Of a stretch of DNA of 64,000 nt, positions 13,029 to 27,571 are shown one piece after another. Numbering within the stretch: position 1 is the stretch's first letter; each line of letters opens with the position of its first letter. The stretch lies in NCBI RefSeq assembly GCF_009914755.1, contig NC_060933.1. One strand, written 5' to 3'. The DNA comes from the human T2T-CHM13v2.0 reference genome, Homo sapiens. Below the pieces are notes generated by a model, which saw only the letters and a program-made list of their open reading frames with translations, had not been told where the DNA came from and did not search any database. The translations under genes and the position numbers were made by a program.

Positions 13029-15157
13029 GTATTAAATGAGATGATGTGTGCCAAGTGACCAGCACTTGACAGAGCTTTGCTATCTATTCTTTTTACTACC
13101 GCTATTATTCCTCAGGAAGCAGCAGAAGTGAGTCCAAATACAAGCTCTGCCTCTTACCAGCTGTGTGATTTGAGAGCGTCCGTCTTGAGGGGTATCCTAT
13201 GCACCCATGCATCACCCAGTATGCCGGGCGTGAATCTCCTGTCCTGGCTCCAGCTCATGCCCTGGAGGTCAAGCACAACCATTTGAAATGAGGGATAGGA
13301 AAGAACGGAAAACAGATTGGAGCCACCACCTGTGAGATGCTAGGAGCCAGCCAGGTAGGCACTGGGGAGGATCTGGAGACCTCAGACTCCCCCTCTTTGC
13401 CTGGGCTCCCCCCTTGGCCTGTACCCACCTCAAGGCAATGCCCCTGGGGAGGCAAACTTGGTGGACCCACAAGTCAAGGTGATTCTGGTCACGTCACAGG
13501 GAATGGGAAGCAAAGAATATGAAGCGGTGGAGGTGGGGGCGGGGGTGGGACTGAGATGGAGAAATGGTTACACCTGGCCTCCAGGACATGAGACTCACAC
13601 CAGGCTCACTGGATGATGCAGGGGTGCATAGGGCATCTCCCAAGACAGACCCTTTCCAATCACATAGCTAGTAAGAAAAAGAGCTTGTACTTGAACTCAC
13701 TTCTGCTTCCTGAAGAATAATAGTGGTAGTAAAAATAATAATAGCAGCACTCGATCAAGTGCTAGTCACTTTGCACGTGTTATCTCATTATCTCATTTAA
13801 TACCCTGGCAGTGTGCCCAGGCAGCTGATGGCTGAAACATGAACTCGTGTGCCCACCTGCGTGTCCAGGAGCCTGACCCTCTCCTCGGCTCAGGGAAAGG
13901 ACCCAGGCCTCCTAGGTCAGGCCTATAACTCTAGGCAGCGTCTGAGCTGAAGGGATTTGGGGTATCCCCATTCCCATCCCCTCAATTTTCAGATGGAAGC
14001 TGAAGGGGAAAGACTTGATCAAGGGGACACTGTTGTAAGACAGGAGGCCTCAAATCAGAGCCCAGGTCTCAGGAAAAGCAACACTTGGAGTTAGGAAGAG
14101 CAAAGAAAATGCATTTCCCTGGCTTACACTTGCTTCACAGGCAAAATGGGAATCATAGCGTCTGCTTGCCTTCATATCACAGAAGCGTTCACAGTGATCA
14201 AACAAGGCCACAGATGTGAAAGCAGTCAGGTAATTTCACAGCACCTTTTACACACAGAGTCCCCCTCCATGTGCTAGGTGGGCTTGAGGAGGACCCAGGG
14301 GTGGGACGTGTGCTAGTCCCTGCTCTGTTGTAAGAGTCGTGCTCAGCTGCTGACACAGCTTTCATACTGGGCTTCGTTCTGCCTCTACCAGAGGGGTGTG
14401 GTTCTCATTCTTCTTCCTTTTTGCAGATGCAGAAACTGAGGCACAGAGAGATGAAGTGACTTTCCCATGATCACGCCATTAATAAAATTTTAACCTAGGT
14501 TATGTAGCTACAAGTGCTGATGTTGGAAGCAGAGCTTTTAGCAGAGGAGTTGCTAGAGGTTGTGGGGCCTGGCTTTTGCCTGCAAGAGAGTGAGCCCAGG
14601 AGGAGCAGTGCCATGAAAGGGCAGGGCCTGGTGGCCGGGCAACGGCCTTCAGCACTGCTGACGCTACCCTACAAGGCTGCAAGTGCCTCAGCCTTTAACC
14701 ATGGAGCGTAACACCCGCTGACCCTTGTCTTCCCGCTCTCCTTCTCTGCACCCAGCCCTCAGTTTCCCTACCCAGGGCCTGCTATGTCCTTGTGCTTACC
14801 CTCCTCCAGTGCAGGCCCACCCTAGCCCTGCCAAATCCAGCTATTCTCCATCTCAGTCCCACCGTCCCCCATCTCCATCGCTTCACGTTCTTTTCTTCCC
14901 ATTCCCTGGGATGTGGCCAGAATCACCTTGACTTACGGGTCCATCAGGTTTGCCTCCCCAGGCACATTGCCTTGAGGTGGGTGCAGGCCAAGGGGGAGCC
15001 CAGGCAAAGATGGGGAGTCTGGCATCCCCAAGTCTCCTCAGTGCCTACCTGTCTGGCTCCTAGCATCCCATAGGTGGTGGCTCCAATCTGTTTCCCCATT
15101 CTTTCCTATTCCTCATTTCAAATGGCTATGCTTGGCCTCTAGGACATGAGACTGGAG
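13029..15157. repeat. Complex local inverted duplication: 13029-13284 inverted at 13562-13803, and 13248-13563 inverted at 14844-15157
   Basis: Manual reverse-complement alignment gives roughly 80% and roughly 87% identity respectively. Confidence 0.93.
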
Positions 15158-15278
15158 TTTTACACACCCCACGTTACTTTCGAAAATCAGATCTTCACAG
15201 TACAATAAAGCTGATCTTACTTGCTAACTTCAGCTCTCCTAAAGATATTGCTGAGTATTTGTGGATTAGTTCAACATT

Positions 15279-15280
<2 letters not shown>

Positions 15281-15318
<38 letters not shown>
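15281..15318. repeat. (CA)~19 microsatellite
   Basis: Read directly from the sequence. Confidence 0.97.
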
Positions 15319-15319
<1 letters not shown>

Positions 15320-15653
15320 CTACATATTTGCAAGCTACTTAATACCAGAAAAGAAGGCCTAAGGATCACTGTGTAAGAATTCTGGGTAAATTAATGTTGC
15401 AAGAGAATTTTTGTAATAAAATCAGAAAAGACACATGAAAGACTTTGAGAAGAATAGGCGTAGGTTCCAAAGAACCTACACCTATAAGCCATTGTTATAT
15501 TAATTAACTGTATTAATCACTCATTTTTTCATACCTCACTACTTTCCAGAAAAGATATAAGCAGCTCACAAGGATGTAAAAAATATATGGAGGTATGGAG
15601 GGAAGAAAGGACAGAAAAAGGGAAAACATAAAATGGACCCAATAAGTGACTAG

Positions 15654-15945
15654 AGCTGGGCTCAGTGGCTCACACCTGTAATCTCAGGGACTTGGGAGGC
15701 TGAGGCAGGAGGATCACTGGAGGCCAGGAGTTTGAGACCAGCCTGGACAACATAGCAAGACTCCATCCCTACAAAAATAAAAAATTAGCCAGGTACTTTG
15801 GTGCACACCTGTAGTCCCACCTGCTCAGAAGGCTGACGCAGGAAGATTGCTTGTGCCCCGGAGTTCAAGGTTACAGTGAACTATGATTGCACCACTGCAC
15901 TCCAGCCTGGGTGACAAAAAGAGACTCTGTCTCAAAAAAATAAAA
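15654..15945 (+). mobile_element. AluJ-like
   Basis: Diverged Alu dimer. Confidence 0.9.
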
Positions 15946-16972
15946 GCTGATTAAAAAATAATAATAATTGGACCCAACAACAAACACATGGGGCACGCTC
16001 ATGTCAACATGTGCCACATGTCACAGGGACCTCATTGAAACCTCTAACAGCCCTATAAGGCAAGCACTCATTATCCCCATTTTTTAGATGAAGAAACTGT
16101 GACTTAGCAAGGGCAAATAACCTGCCCGAATCGTGCAGCTGGTAGGTGATGGAGCCAGGACGGCACCCAGACAGCCTGGCCCTAGTGCCCACTCTCAACC
16201 ACCATGCTCTCCACATCCTCAAAGCCAGGAGATGAGGCTGGAGGCTTTTAATCTCACTCCAGGAAGGACTGCATGAGGCCCTCCCCACTGCCAGCTGGAG
16301 AAGGGAAGCTGGTTCACGACCTCACAGAGTCCATGAGATGCAGACCGCCCATTACTCAGAGGTTTTCTGACTAACTCTCAAACCAGGTGGAATTTCTCCC
16401 CAAAACCCCCCTAAAGAGCAAGCTGAGAAAGTGCCGAATGCGCTTCAGATCCAGGGGTGGTTTTCAAACATGATTTCTTAGGGTGTCTCCATATGGGTTC
16501 AGTATAACTCTAAGGGGACCACACTGGTGGGGCAGTTACCCAATTGAATGGCTTTATCCGGTAATGATTTTAAAATAAATGAAAGGGACATAAATTAAAT
16601 GTTCTCCAAGCATTTTTATTTCTAACCGGGGACCGGAGGGATGCTGCTCTGTGCCTATGGTTAAACACAGACCGAGCTGGAAGTGGTACTGACACCCTCA
16701 TGTGAAAGCTCAGTGACCTGACAGGAACCCAGGCCTGAAGCCACGCAGAGTGAGCCTTGCAACTACCCACAGACAGGGACAGGAATCCCCTCAGAAGACT
16801 GCTGTAGCAACAATCACAGACCTCCAACGCACAGATCTATAGATGACGGAGACGCCAAAGTTCCTCTCTGTATAACACAGTCACAAAGGCTATGAACTGG
16901 AAGATATTTGGGACAGGTACAGCCACATTCCTGTCTTTATGGTAAAAAACAAAACTCCCTTTGGACAACTGT

Positions 16973-17367
<395 letters not shown>

Positions 17368-17796
17368 TAACACAAGAAACAGATCCTAAAAATAGTAACT
17401 ATTATTTTAGAATGCTTGATCCACAGCCATTGTTTCTGGCAAATTGGATCAGCCGGTCCAATTGTTTGGGCCACTCTTTGAATGAGATAGAGAAGCTGCT
17501 CTTCAAATCCCAGCAGCACAACTTACCAGCTGCAGGCCTTGGAAAAGTTACTTAACTATTTTGTTCTTCAGTTTCCTTTTCTGTAAAATTAAAATAAAGT
17601 CTCCGCCTCACAGGGCTGTTGAGAGAATTTAATGAGTTAATACAGGCAAACTGCCCAGATCAGTGCCTGGCACATCATTTGTACTCTATTGTTACAAAAC
17701 AGCATGGTCAGGGGCTAGAAAGTGTTCAGCTTTGAGTTCTCTACACCAAGATGCACACATATACCTCCCCCTAAAGGAACAGCACGCAGGAAACTC

Positions 17797-17973
17797 TGCA
17801 GTGCTCCATCAGGAAGCGACTCCCTGAGGAGTGCTCCGTCAGGATGCAGTGCTCCATCAGGAAGCGACTCCCTGAGGAGTGCTCTGTCAGGATGCAGTGC
17901 TCCATCAGGAAGCGACTCCCTGAGGAGTGCTCCGTCAGGATGCAGTGCTCCATCAGGAAGTGACTCCCTGAGG
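17797..17973. repeat. 48-bp minisatellite, 3.7 copies (TGCAGTGCTCCATCAGGAAGCGACTCCCTGAGGAGTGCTCCGTCAGGA)
   Basis: Units start at 17797, 17845, 17893 and 17941 and differ by only 2 C>T changes in total. Confidence 0.97.
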
Positions 17974-19138
17974 CTCGCAGAGGGGCCATGGCCCAGCTGC
18001 CCCTGAGCTTCAGGAACTCCGCAATGCCAAGCAGCGCTGCCTCGAGCATTTCCGTGTGTTTCTCCCGGTGCACAGATGGACAGCTCGAATTTGTAAATCA
18101 GGGAACTTTTCATGGGAACCACTGAGAGATCAAGAGAAACCCGAGCAGCTGACCTCAGTGTGTAGTGCTGGAAAATAAGATTCCCCACAACCAGCCAAAA
18201 CCTGGGCCACATTCATCAGGTTGAAACCTCTGGAAATTTTGACCTCAAATCTGCCCATGAGGGGAATCTAATGACCAATGTCAGTTGTCCTGTAAGATTT
18301 TCCTGTAGCTAAGCTTCTCCAAAGCAATGAGAGGTTTGTCTCTCAAGGCCATGTGTGAACATGTCTGAGTTGTTTTGCCCCACAGCATAGATGCGCTTTC
18401 TGACTACCAGTAATGGAAGGGAAAACTACGTGCTAGAGATAGGTTACGGTCACCAGGACACTTTGCGGTTTAAGTCCATTTTGAGTTACTTGAAATCCAC
18501 TGGTGAGCTGGCCTGGAAGCATCCCCAGGAGACAGTTGAGGCAACTTCTTTACCAACCACCAGCAGGCAGGGCCCAACCAACTTGGAAAGCCCCATGGCT
18601 GCTTCCCGCTCCTTTGCTCCTAACCCCCAAGCCACAGTGTAAAATGATGACTCAGCCACGTGCAGGGCCAAAACAGGAGGGAAGTGGTTACTTTTTCCAA
18701 ATCCCAAAAACCCATTCTAAACAGGATCAGAAGCCCAGAAAAAGGATAACAGTGAATAGTGCTGCCCCCAGGGCACATATATCACAGGATTTCTCCAGAT
18801 TTATTCCATGTGCTATAATTTGACATCCAGATTCTAATCATAAATGAATTTATTCAGAGGAGCCCATATAAATAAATATGCCTGTTCCTAAAATGATGTC
18901 CCTTATGGAAGCAACGTTCCCCTTCCTGGCAGCTCCAGAGGCAGCACCATCAGGCCCATCACTGATCCTCATACTCCAACATCCAAAGTGACAAGCCCTG
19001 ATGTTTAAAAGATGAAAAATTACACTGTGGCTCCAAACCTACCATAAATGTCCTGTCAGGCTAATGCAATGTAAAAATTTTAAACCTTGCTTTGGATCAA
19101 GTACCATTTCCTCAGTTTCCTGAAATTTTACGTATTCA

Positions 19139-19362
19139 TTTGTTTATTTATTTTTTATTTTTTTAAAGTCAGGGTCTCACTCTGTCACCCAGGCTGGAGT
19201 CCAGTGGCATGATCATGGCTCACTACAGCCTTGAACTCCTGGGCTCAAGTGATCCTCCCACCTCAGCCTCCCGAGTAGCTATCACGCTTGGCTAACTTTT
19301 AGTTTTTTTGTAGAGATGGGGTCTTGCTCTGTTTCCCAGGCTGGTCTCAAATGGTCTCAAGT
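19139..19362 (-). mobile_element. AluJ-like, partial
   Basis: Antisense Alu with an internal deletion and 5' truncation. Confidence 0.85.
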
Positions 19363-20795
19363 GAAAGTATTTAAGGATATGCACTGTCCAGATATTACAT
19401 TACTGTATTACATATTATATGATGTTTCATTATATTATATTTGTACGCATATGTGTGTGTGAACATATATATATATATTTTTAACAGAATTTCCAAAACC
19501 ATCACCCCCACCCCCAGCACACCTCACACTTTGGCCACCTGAAACTACTCTCCCTTTCCCAGACTGAACGCATATGCATATGTCTCCATGCTTTTGTTCT
19601 TTCTCTTCTTCCTCTTTCCACTTCCCTACCTGGCACCCTCTTCCTCATCCTCCTCCCCACACACTCTCTGTGCACCCCACCCCCGTTGCCCCTGGTGAAA
19701 GGCAGAGCCGTGTCTATATCACTGAGACATTCCCTGAGAATGCAAATAATAATAAATAACATCCTCTGAACGTCTCCCACGTGCCAGGCACTGTCCAAGA
19801 CTTTGGAGACACACGGGAGCCTCACACCAGCTCTGTGCGAGCATATCGGCATGGCTACCCTCCTCTTGTGGATGGAGAAACTGATGCTGAGTGAGGGGGA
19901 GCAAACTATCCCAATCACACAGCCAGCAGGTACGCACGCCAGGTTCCAGGACCAGGGACTCCAGAGCTCTGGCTCTTACCGCCTTGCCATGTGGCCAGCA
20001 CAGGTGCAGCCCGACCATAAGTGGGAGCGGCGAGTGTCCCTGAGAACAAGGTTACCGAGGCTGACAGTCCATCCCTTCCTCCGAGAGGGACGGGACACAT
20101 TCTGTTAGGCAGTTTCCTTAGAAGTATCACAGTCTGGGTTTAAATACCTCCTCCCTCCTTTTGAGGCAGATCTGGGAGACCGGAGAACTCGTCCTCTGTT
20201 GCACCAAAAAGGAAATATTAAATTGTTTGTTTGTAGGGGAAGATCCTTACAGTACAACCCAGAATTAATAATTTAGTACAAAGATTTCTTAGCTCCTCAG
20301 GCAGAAGTTCTAAAAGTGATACAAATTGTTATTTTGATTGCTTTAATGGAATATTTCCCTGGAAGCCTGGGCTCATTTGCCTGTGTAATCTGTAGCCAAG
20401 CAAACAGTAAAAACAGAGAAAGTCTGGGGAAGAAAAAGTTCCCAGAAACTCCCCAGTGCAAATGCCCCATCACTGCAGGTCAGATAGGGCCTTCTGGTCT
20501 GTCTCTCATTCCCTCCCACCAAGACAATTCTTAGCCACTTTGTCTCCCTGCGCAAACTCCCTCCTGCCTCCTCTCCAACTCCTTTCCTGCCCAACCCAGC
20601 CCTACCCACCTGAGCTTTCTTGATCCCTTTCCCACCATGACCCTGACTCTCTGCCCTGTAGAACCTCTGATGTGGCAGAACACTCCTTAATAATAATAAC
20701 AATGATAATAAAGGAACATTTGGAGTACCTACTATGGGCTGAACCCTCTGTCAAACTTTGTTTAATCAGTACAACCACCTACAACACAAGTATTG

Positions 20796-21111
20796 CTGTT
20801 TTTTTGTTTGTTTTGTTTTGTTTTGTTTTTGAGACAGAGTCTCGCTCTGTCGCCCAGGCTGGAGTGCAGTGGCACAATCTCGGCTCACTGCAACCTCTGC
20901 CTCCGGGTTCACGCCATTCTCCTGCCTCAGCCTCCCAAGCAGCTGGGACCACAGGGGCCCGCCACCACGCCTGGCTAATTTTTTTGTATTTTTAGTAGAG
21001 ACGGGGTTTCACCATGCTAGCCAGGATGGCCTCGATCTCCTGACCTCATGATCCACCTGCCTCAGCCTCCTAAAGTGCTGGGATTACAGGCGTGAGCCAC
21101 CGTGCCTGGCC
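20796..21111 (-). mobile_element. AluY/Sc-like inserted in a MIR; TSD aacacaagtattg
   Basis: ccgggttcacgccattctcctgcc and ccaggatggcctcgatctcc; TSD at 20783-20795 and 21112-21124. Confidence 0.93.
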
Positions 21112-22475
21112 AACACAAGTATTGTTATTATCCCCATTTTACTTATGAGAAAACTGAGGATAAAGCAGTGGTAAGTAGATTGGAAATAATAACTTTGTAC
21201 ACAAAGGAAGAAAAGTTCATATTTGTTTGAGATGTGATAATAACCAGTGTTCTCAAAGCTAGGAATAAAGGAAGAATCACATAGACTCCAGAGGTAAGCC
21301 TACATTCACTTTTATTACCACAATCTCCCAAGAGATTACGTGAGCTCAAAACTAACATAACAGGTTGCAAAGTCACAAGCAGCTGCTTCCGAAGCTTGTG
21401 CTCTTAACCATGACACTATGCTACTTCCAGCAGTCCTCCAGACATGGGTCCCTGACGCACTCCCCAGTAGAAAGCACACCACCGTCCTCTCCTCAGGCCT
21501 TTCTGGGCCAGGCATGGGGTCTGCAAAATTCCATGCCATTGCTCACCACACCATCCTACCACAGCATCTCCTCAGAATTCCACATTATCTGCCCGAGCCA
21601 ATCCCCTCATACTGTTAGTGAAATGCGGCCATTCCTCCTGGCAGATTTCCCGTTCCTCGGGACCTCCCACCACGATCTTCACCTACCCTCGACCTCCCTA
21701 AGCGACACCTCTTTGACTCCACTGACCTTAATCTCCATTCCCCAGCTCCAGCCTCATGGATGGACACAGATAGGACCATTATTAACCTGTCATTTAGAAC
21801 TCATCTAAGTCCCTAAGCTCCTTCTGAAAGCTTGTTTGTCATAATCTTCCTTGCATGCTCTCATCCTGATGAGCCGGCTCTTGCCAGGAACCCTTGAACT
21901 ACTGTAACCAACAGGTAGATAAAGTTATCTGTCCTCTTGGTGAGCCTGAAATGAAAACATCACCAATTCTGTTGCCCTGACCCAAGAAGGGTCTGCACCT
22001 TCTTAAAAGCATTGACACTGAGCTGGACTATGTGATGATCTTCAATAAAGTCATCCCATTTGGTTTCATAGCCAAGACATCGGGAAAGAATCAACAAATT
22101 CATCTTTTCTCCAAAATAGAAGAGAGGAAATGCAACCACATGCGTCACAGAATGCCAAAGCTCAGAGCTGGAAGGGACCCTGGTGGTTACCTCTTCCAAG
22201 CCCCAATCTGACACTTGAAACCCCTCCTCAGTCTTCCTCCCAAGTGGCCTCACTGCCCACACCAGACACTCTCAGCGACAGAAGATTCCCAGCCCAATCC
22301 ACATTTAGGCAGCTCGCCTGCTTGGAAGGTTTCCTTCAACTAAGATGAGAGCTGCCTCTCTGTAATTTCCACCTAAATCCTGGGTCTGCCCCTTGGAACT
22401 ACGAAGAAGTCTGCTTCTGTTCCTTCTCCACAGGAGCCCTTTTGAGATCAGATCACATTCTTGCATATCCACTGA

Positions 22476-22777
<302 letters not shown>

Positions 22778-23885
22778 TGAGTTTTCTTTTCTATAGGCCA
22801 GCCAGTTCCACTTCCTCTACAAGTTCCTTATAAGACATATTTGGGGGTAGGGAAGTAGGGTGGTAGGGTGGTGTAAGTAGGGGGCAGGATAAATGGGCAT
22901 TCATGGAAGTATTCCTTCCAGGAGTTCAAAAAGCAAAGTATTCTCTAATTGTTGTCCTTTCATGTGTCTATTCTATTAAGCTTGTTAATTATGTTGTGCA
23001 AAACTTACAAATATCCCTGCCAATTTTTTGTCAGCTTGATTTATTCATTAACAAGAGGGGCATTTTAGTCTCCCCAAAATATCATGGGATTTGTTCATTT
23101 GTTCATTGACATTTTTTGCTTTAAATATTTAGAGACTCTGTTGCCAAGTGCGTACAGGTTCAGGATTGTTATATTTTCCTACAAATTGTTCTTGTTATCA
23201 TTAAGCAATAATCCTCTTTGTCTTTGAGCATACTTTGGGCCTTAAAGTTTATATCATCTGATAATGAGATTACTCTATCACATTTTATTTGGTTAGTATT
23301 GCCATATTTTCCTCTCTCAGTCCTTGCAAACTTTCAGTACCATTTTGTTTTAGGTAAATTACTAAAAACACCACATTTCTGGGTCTTGGTTATTTTACAC
23401 GTCTTCTATTTATCTTGCAAATCCAATCTATTTATCGAGACTACTCAAATATTTTTATTTATTTCTATCCTCTATTGTGTAATTTTATATTTTTAATTTA
23501 CCTTTCTTCTCCCTTACCTTCTATTGGATCCACTAAGTATTCTAAATATTTCTTTTTGCTTATTCTGGTTTGCACATTATGCATTCTATTACCATAATGG
23601 TTACCCTTTAATTGTTATCCTTAATTTGCTCACTGGCATCCTTGACCTAACACAGCCTAACGTTTATCAATATATCTATCTTCCTCCTATGAAATGCAAA
23701 AATCTTAGAATGTTTTAACTTAGATCAGCCTCCTCCCAATCTTACATATTATTATTGCCTTTTTTCCTACTTTGTTTTAAACTTCCAAAACTATGAATTA
23801 CTTTTACAGGTGATATTATTTATTGGACAAACCTATTTAGATTATTGTTCATTTATCTATGTATTTGGTTACCATCACTTCTTAA

Positions 23886-24190
<305 letters not shown>

Positions 24191-25537
24191 TCAATGGTAT
24201 GTTTAGACCATTCACATTCAAAGTGATTATTGATATAATTGGATTCATATCTACTACGTTTGTAACTTTTCTACTTGTTGAACTTGTTCTTTGTTTCTTT
24301 ACGTCCCCTCTTCTTCCTTCTCTGGTTTCAACTGAACGTGTCATACAATTCCATTTTATCTCTTCTGTTAGCATTTCAATTATATTTCTTTTTTTAAGTA
24401 TTAGTACTTTCCCTAGAGTCTGCAATATACATTTATATCTAATCTAAATTCACCTTCAAATGATACTATTCCTCTTCAATCATGTACCTTCTGATAGAAT
24501 ATTCCCAGTTCCTCATTCCTGTCCCTTAGGACATTGCTGCCATCATTTCACTTATCCATATGTAATAAATCACTCCATACATTGTTATTATTATTACTTT
24601 ACACAAACAGTTACCTTTTAGATCAATTAAGAATAGAAAAATCAAAGGTCTTATTTTACCTTCATTTATTCTTTCTCCAACTCCCTTCTTTCCCTTATGT
24701 AGATCTGAGTTTCTGAACTACATCATTTTCCTTCCTCTGGAGAACTTCTTTCAACATTTCTTCTAGACCAGGTCTGCTGGTGATGAATTTCCTCCATTTT
24801 TGTTTAACTGGGAAAGTCTTTATTTTTTCCTTCACTTTTGAAGTATAATTCCCTATGATATAAAATTCTAGGTGGGTGAACTTTTTCTTTCAACACTTTT
24901 AATATGTCACTCCACTCTCTTCTTGTATGCATGGTTTCTGACAAGAAATCCACTGTAATTTTTATTCTTGTTTCTCTATAAGTAAGGTAATTTTTACCTC
25001 TGGCTTCTTTCAAGATTTTCTCTTTGTCTTTGATATTCTGGCTTTTGAATATTATATGCCTAATGTAGATATTTTGGTGTTCTCTAAGTTTTCTGCATTT
25101 GTGGTTAGCATCTGTCACTAATTTTGAAAAATTCCCAGCCATTGTTATTTCAAATATTTCTTCTTCTTCATTCTCTCTTCTCCTTCCGGCAACCTAATTA
25201 TAAATATGCTATGCCTCTTAAAATTATCCCACAGTTCTTAGGTGTTCTGTTCTGGTTTTGTTTTTTCATTCTTTTTTCTCTTTGCTTTTCAGTGTGGGAA
25301 AGTTTCTATTGTCATATCTTCAAGCTCCCAAATTCTTGGTTTGGCTGTGTCCAGTCTAGTGATGGGCCCATCAAAGAAAGTCTTTATTTCTGTTACTGTG
25401 TTTTTTATTTTTCTTTTGATTCTTTCTTCGAATTTTCATCTCTCTGCTTACATTACTCATCCATTCATGTATGTTGTTTACTTTTTCCATTACAGTCCTT
25501 AACATATTAATTATAGTCATTTTAAATTCCCTATCTT

Positions 25538-25841
<304 letters not shown>

Positions 25842-27517
25842 CTAATAATTCCAAAGTCTGAGTCTGATTTTGATGCTTACTTTGTCTCTTCTTACTTTTT
25901 TTTTTCTTGCCTAATATTTTGTTGAAAGTTGTACATGATACATGAAGTAATTGGACTAAAGTAAGGTTTCATGTTAATCTGGCAGATCTCAGCTGTAACT
26001 CTGTATTCTTATGACTTAGGCCAAGAAAACGTGTTGATTTTCCTTTTGTTCAGCTTTACTTCTTATTGTAAAGATCAGAGTAATGGTGTCAAAACTCCAC
26101 TTGTCAGAGCTGAAACTGCAAGTCTCTCATATCTTTCTTATTGAAGTACATGATTTAGCAGTTCAGCAAGAGTCTGTGAGTGGTAAACTCTCCCTGCCAT
26201 TATCTGAAAATGTCTTTATTTGCCTTCACTGTTAAATGATCATTTATCTGAGTACGAGGTAATTATTACTATCTCTTAACACTCGAAGATATTTTCTGTT
26301 GTCTTCTGACTTCTAACAATGCTGAAAAAAGAGCCCTGTCAGTCTAAATGTTGTACTTTCTCTCTGGTTGCTTTCATAATTTTCTCTTGTCTTTGATGTT
26401 CTTCAATTTCACTAAAGTTTTGCTTAGATGTCTGTTTATTTTTATTTAACTTGCTTGGGATTTAGTATGCTTCTTCAATCTAATGATACATGTTTCTTGC
26501 AACAGTTTTGTTTCACAAAGTCTTAGCTATTATTTCTTCAAATATTGCCTCTTTTCTCTGTTTTTATTTTTCCATGCCAACTATTTGGTGTATGTTGGAC
26601 TTTCTCATGATATTTTGTTTTATCTCTTACCTTTTTCTTTCATATTTCCCAACTCTTTAGCTTTCTATGCTATGTTCCTGAGAATTTCCTCAGCTTTGTC
26701 TCCTCCCAAATCAGTAATTTTCTATTCAGCTATGTCTTATCTGGTATTTAATCCATCAGTTGAATTTTTAATTAATTCTCACATCATAATTTTTATTTCT
26801 AGAAAATTTATTTGATTCTCTTTCTAGTCTGTTCCTTCTTTTGTCATGGCATTTTATTCTTTTATAATGGTTTCTAGTCTTTTTCATCTCTTTAATCATT
26901 TTCTAGTCTCTTTCAAATTGTCTGCTATCTTGGATTCTTGGAATACTCATTTTCCTCGTTATGTCTCCTAACTTTCCCTCATTTTCTTGGGTGGTTTGAC
27001 ATTTTTAAATTGTGAGCTTATTTAGTAGTTATTATTTATTCTGTAGGCATGTTGTACATACTAAATTGTGGAAGGAGCCAGATGAAAGTTTTTTTATATG
27101 CATCTGCGAGGCATCTCAGGGATTTCACTAATATGCCTCCAGTTTTTATATTATTTCTATCCTTGAATTTTTTAGAAATATTTTGTTTTTGTCTGAGTCC
27201 CATGTAGAATCAAGTTTCCCTACTGCCTCCTTCAGCTTGTGGGTAAAACTTACCTAGTGCCCATTTCATGGAATGTGCAGCCCTTCCAGGTTTCTAGTTT
27301 TTTGCAGGAGCTTTGGTTCCCACTCCTATATATCACACAATTCTAAGACTACATCTTTTGTCTCAACATCAGCATCAAAACCCCAGCCCCTGTTCACTAG
27401 AGACTATATTGAGAACCCATACCCTGGGCCACCAGGACATTAGCTCATGCACTTAAAGTTCTGGCTTTGAGCTGCCTTTTAAATTACAGCCACTGAGGAT
27501 TTCCCTCTTTTTGTTTC

Positions 27518-27571
27518 AAAAAAAAAAAAAATATATATATATATATATACCCACACACACATATATATATA
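27518..27571. repeat. Compound A/(AT)n/(CA)n microsatellite
   Basis: Read directly from the sequence. Confidence 0.9.

Noticed and set aside
17797-17973. CRISPR-like array
   Set aside because: No unique spacers; it is a pure tandem repeat in mammalian DNA.
17715-18212. Repetitive ORFs (LRESLPDGALHPDGAL / SAPSGSDSLR)
   Set aside because: An artefact of the 48-bp minisatellite, whose period is a multiple of 3. No start context or splice support.
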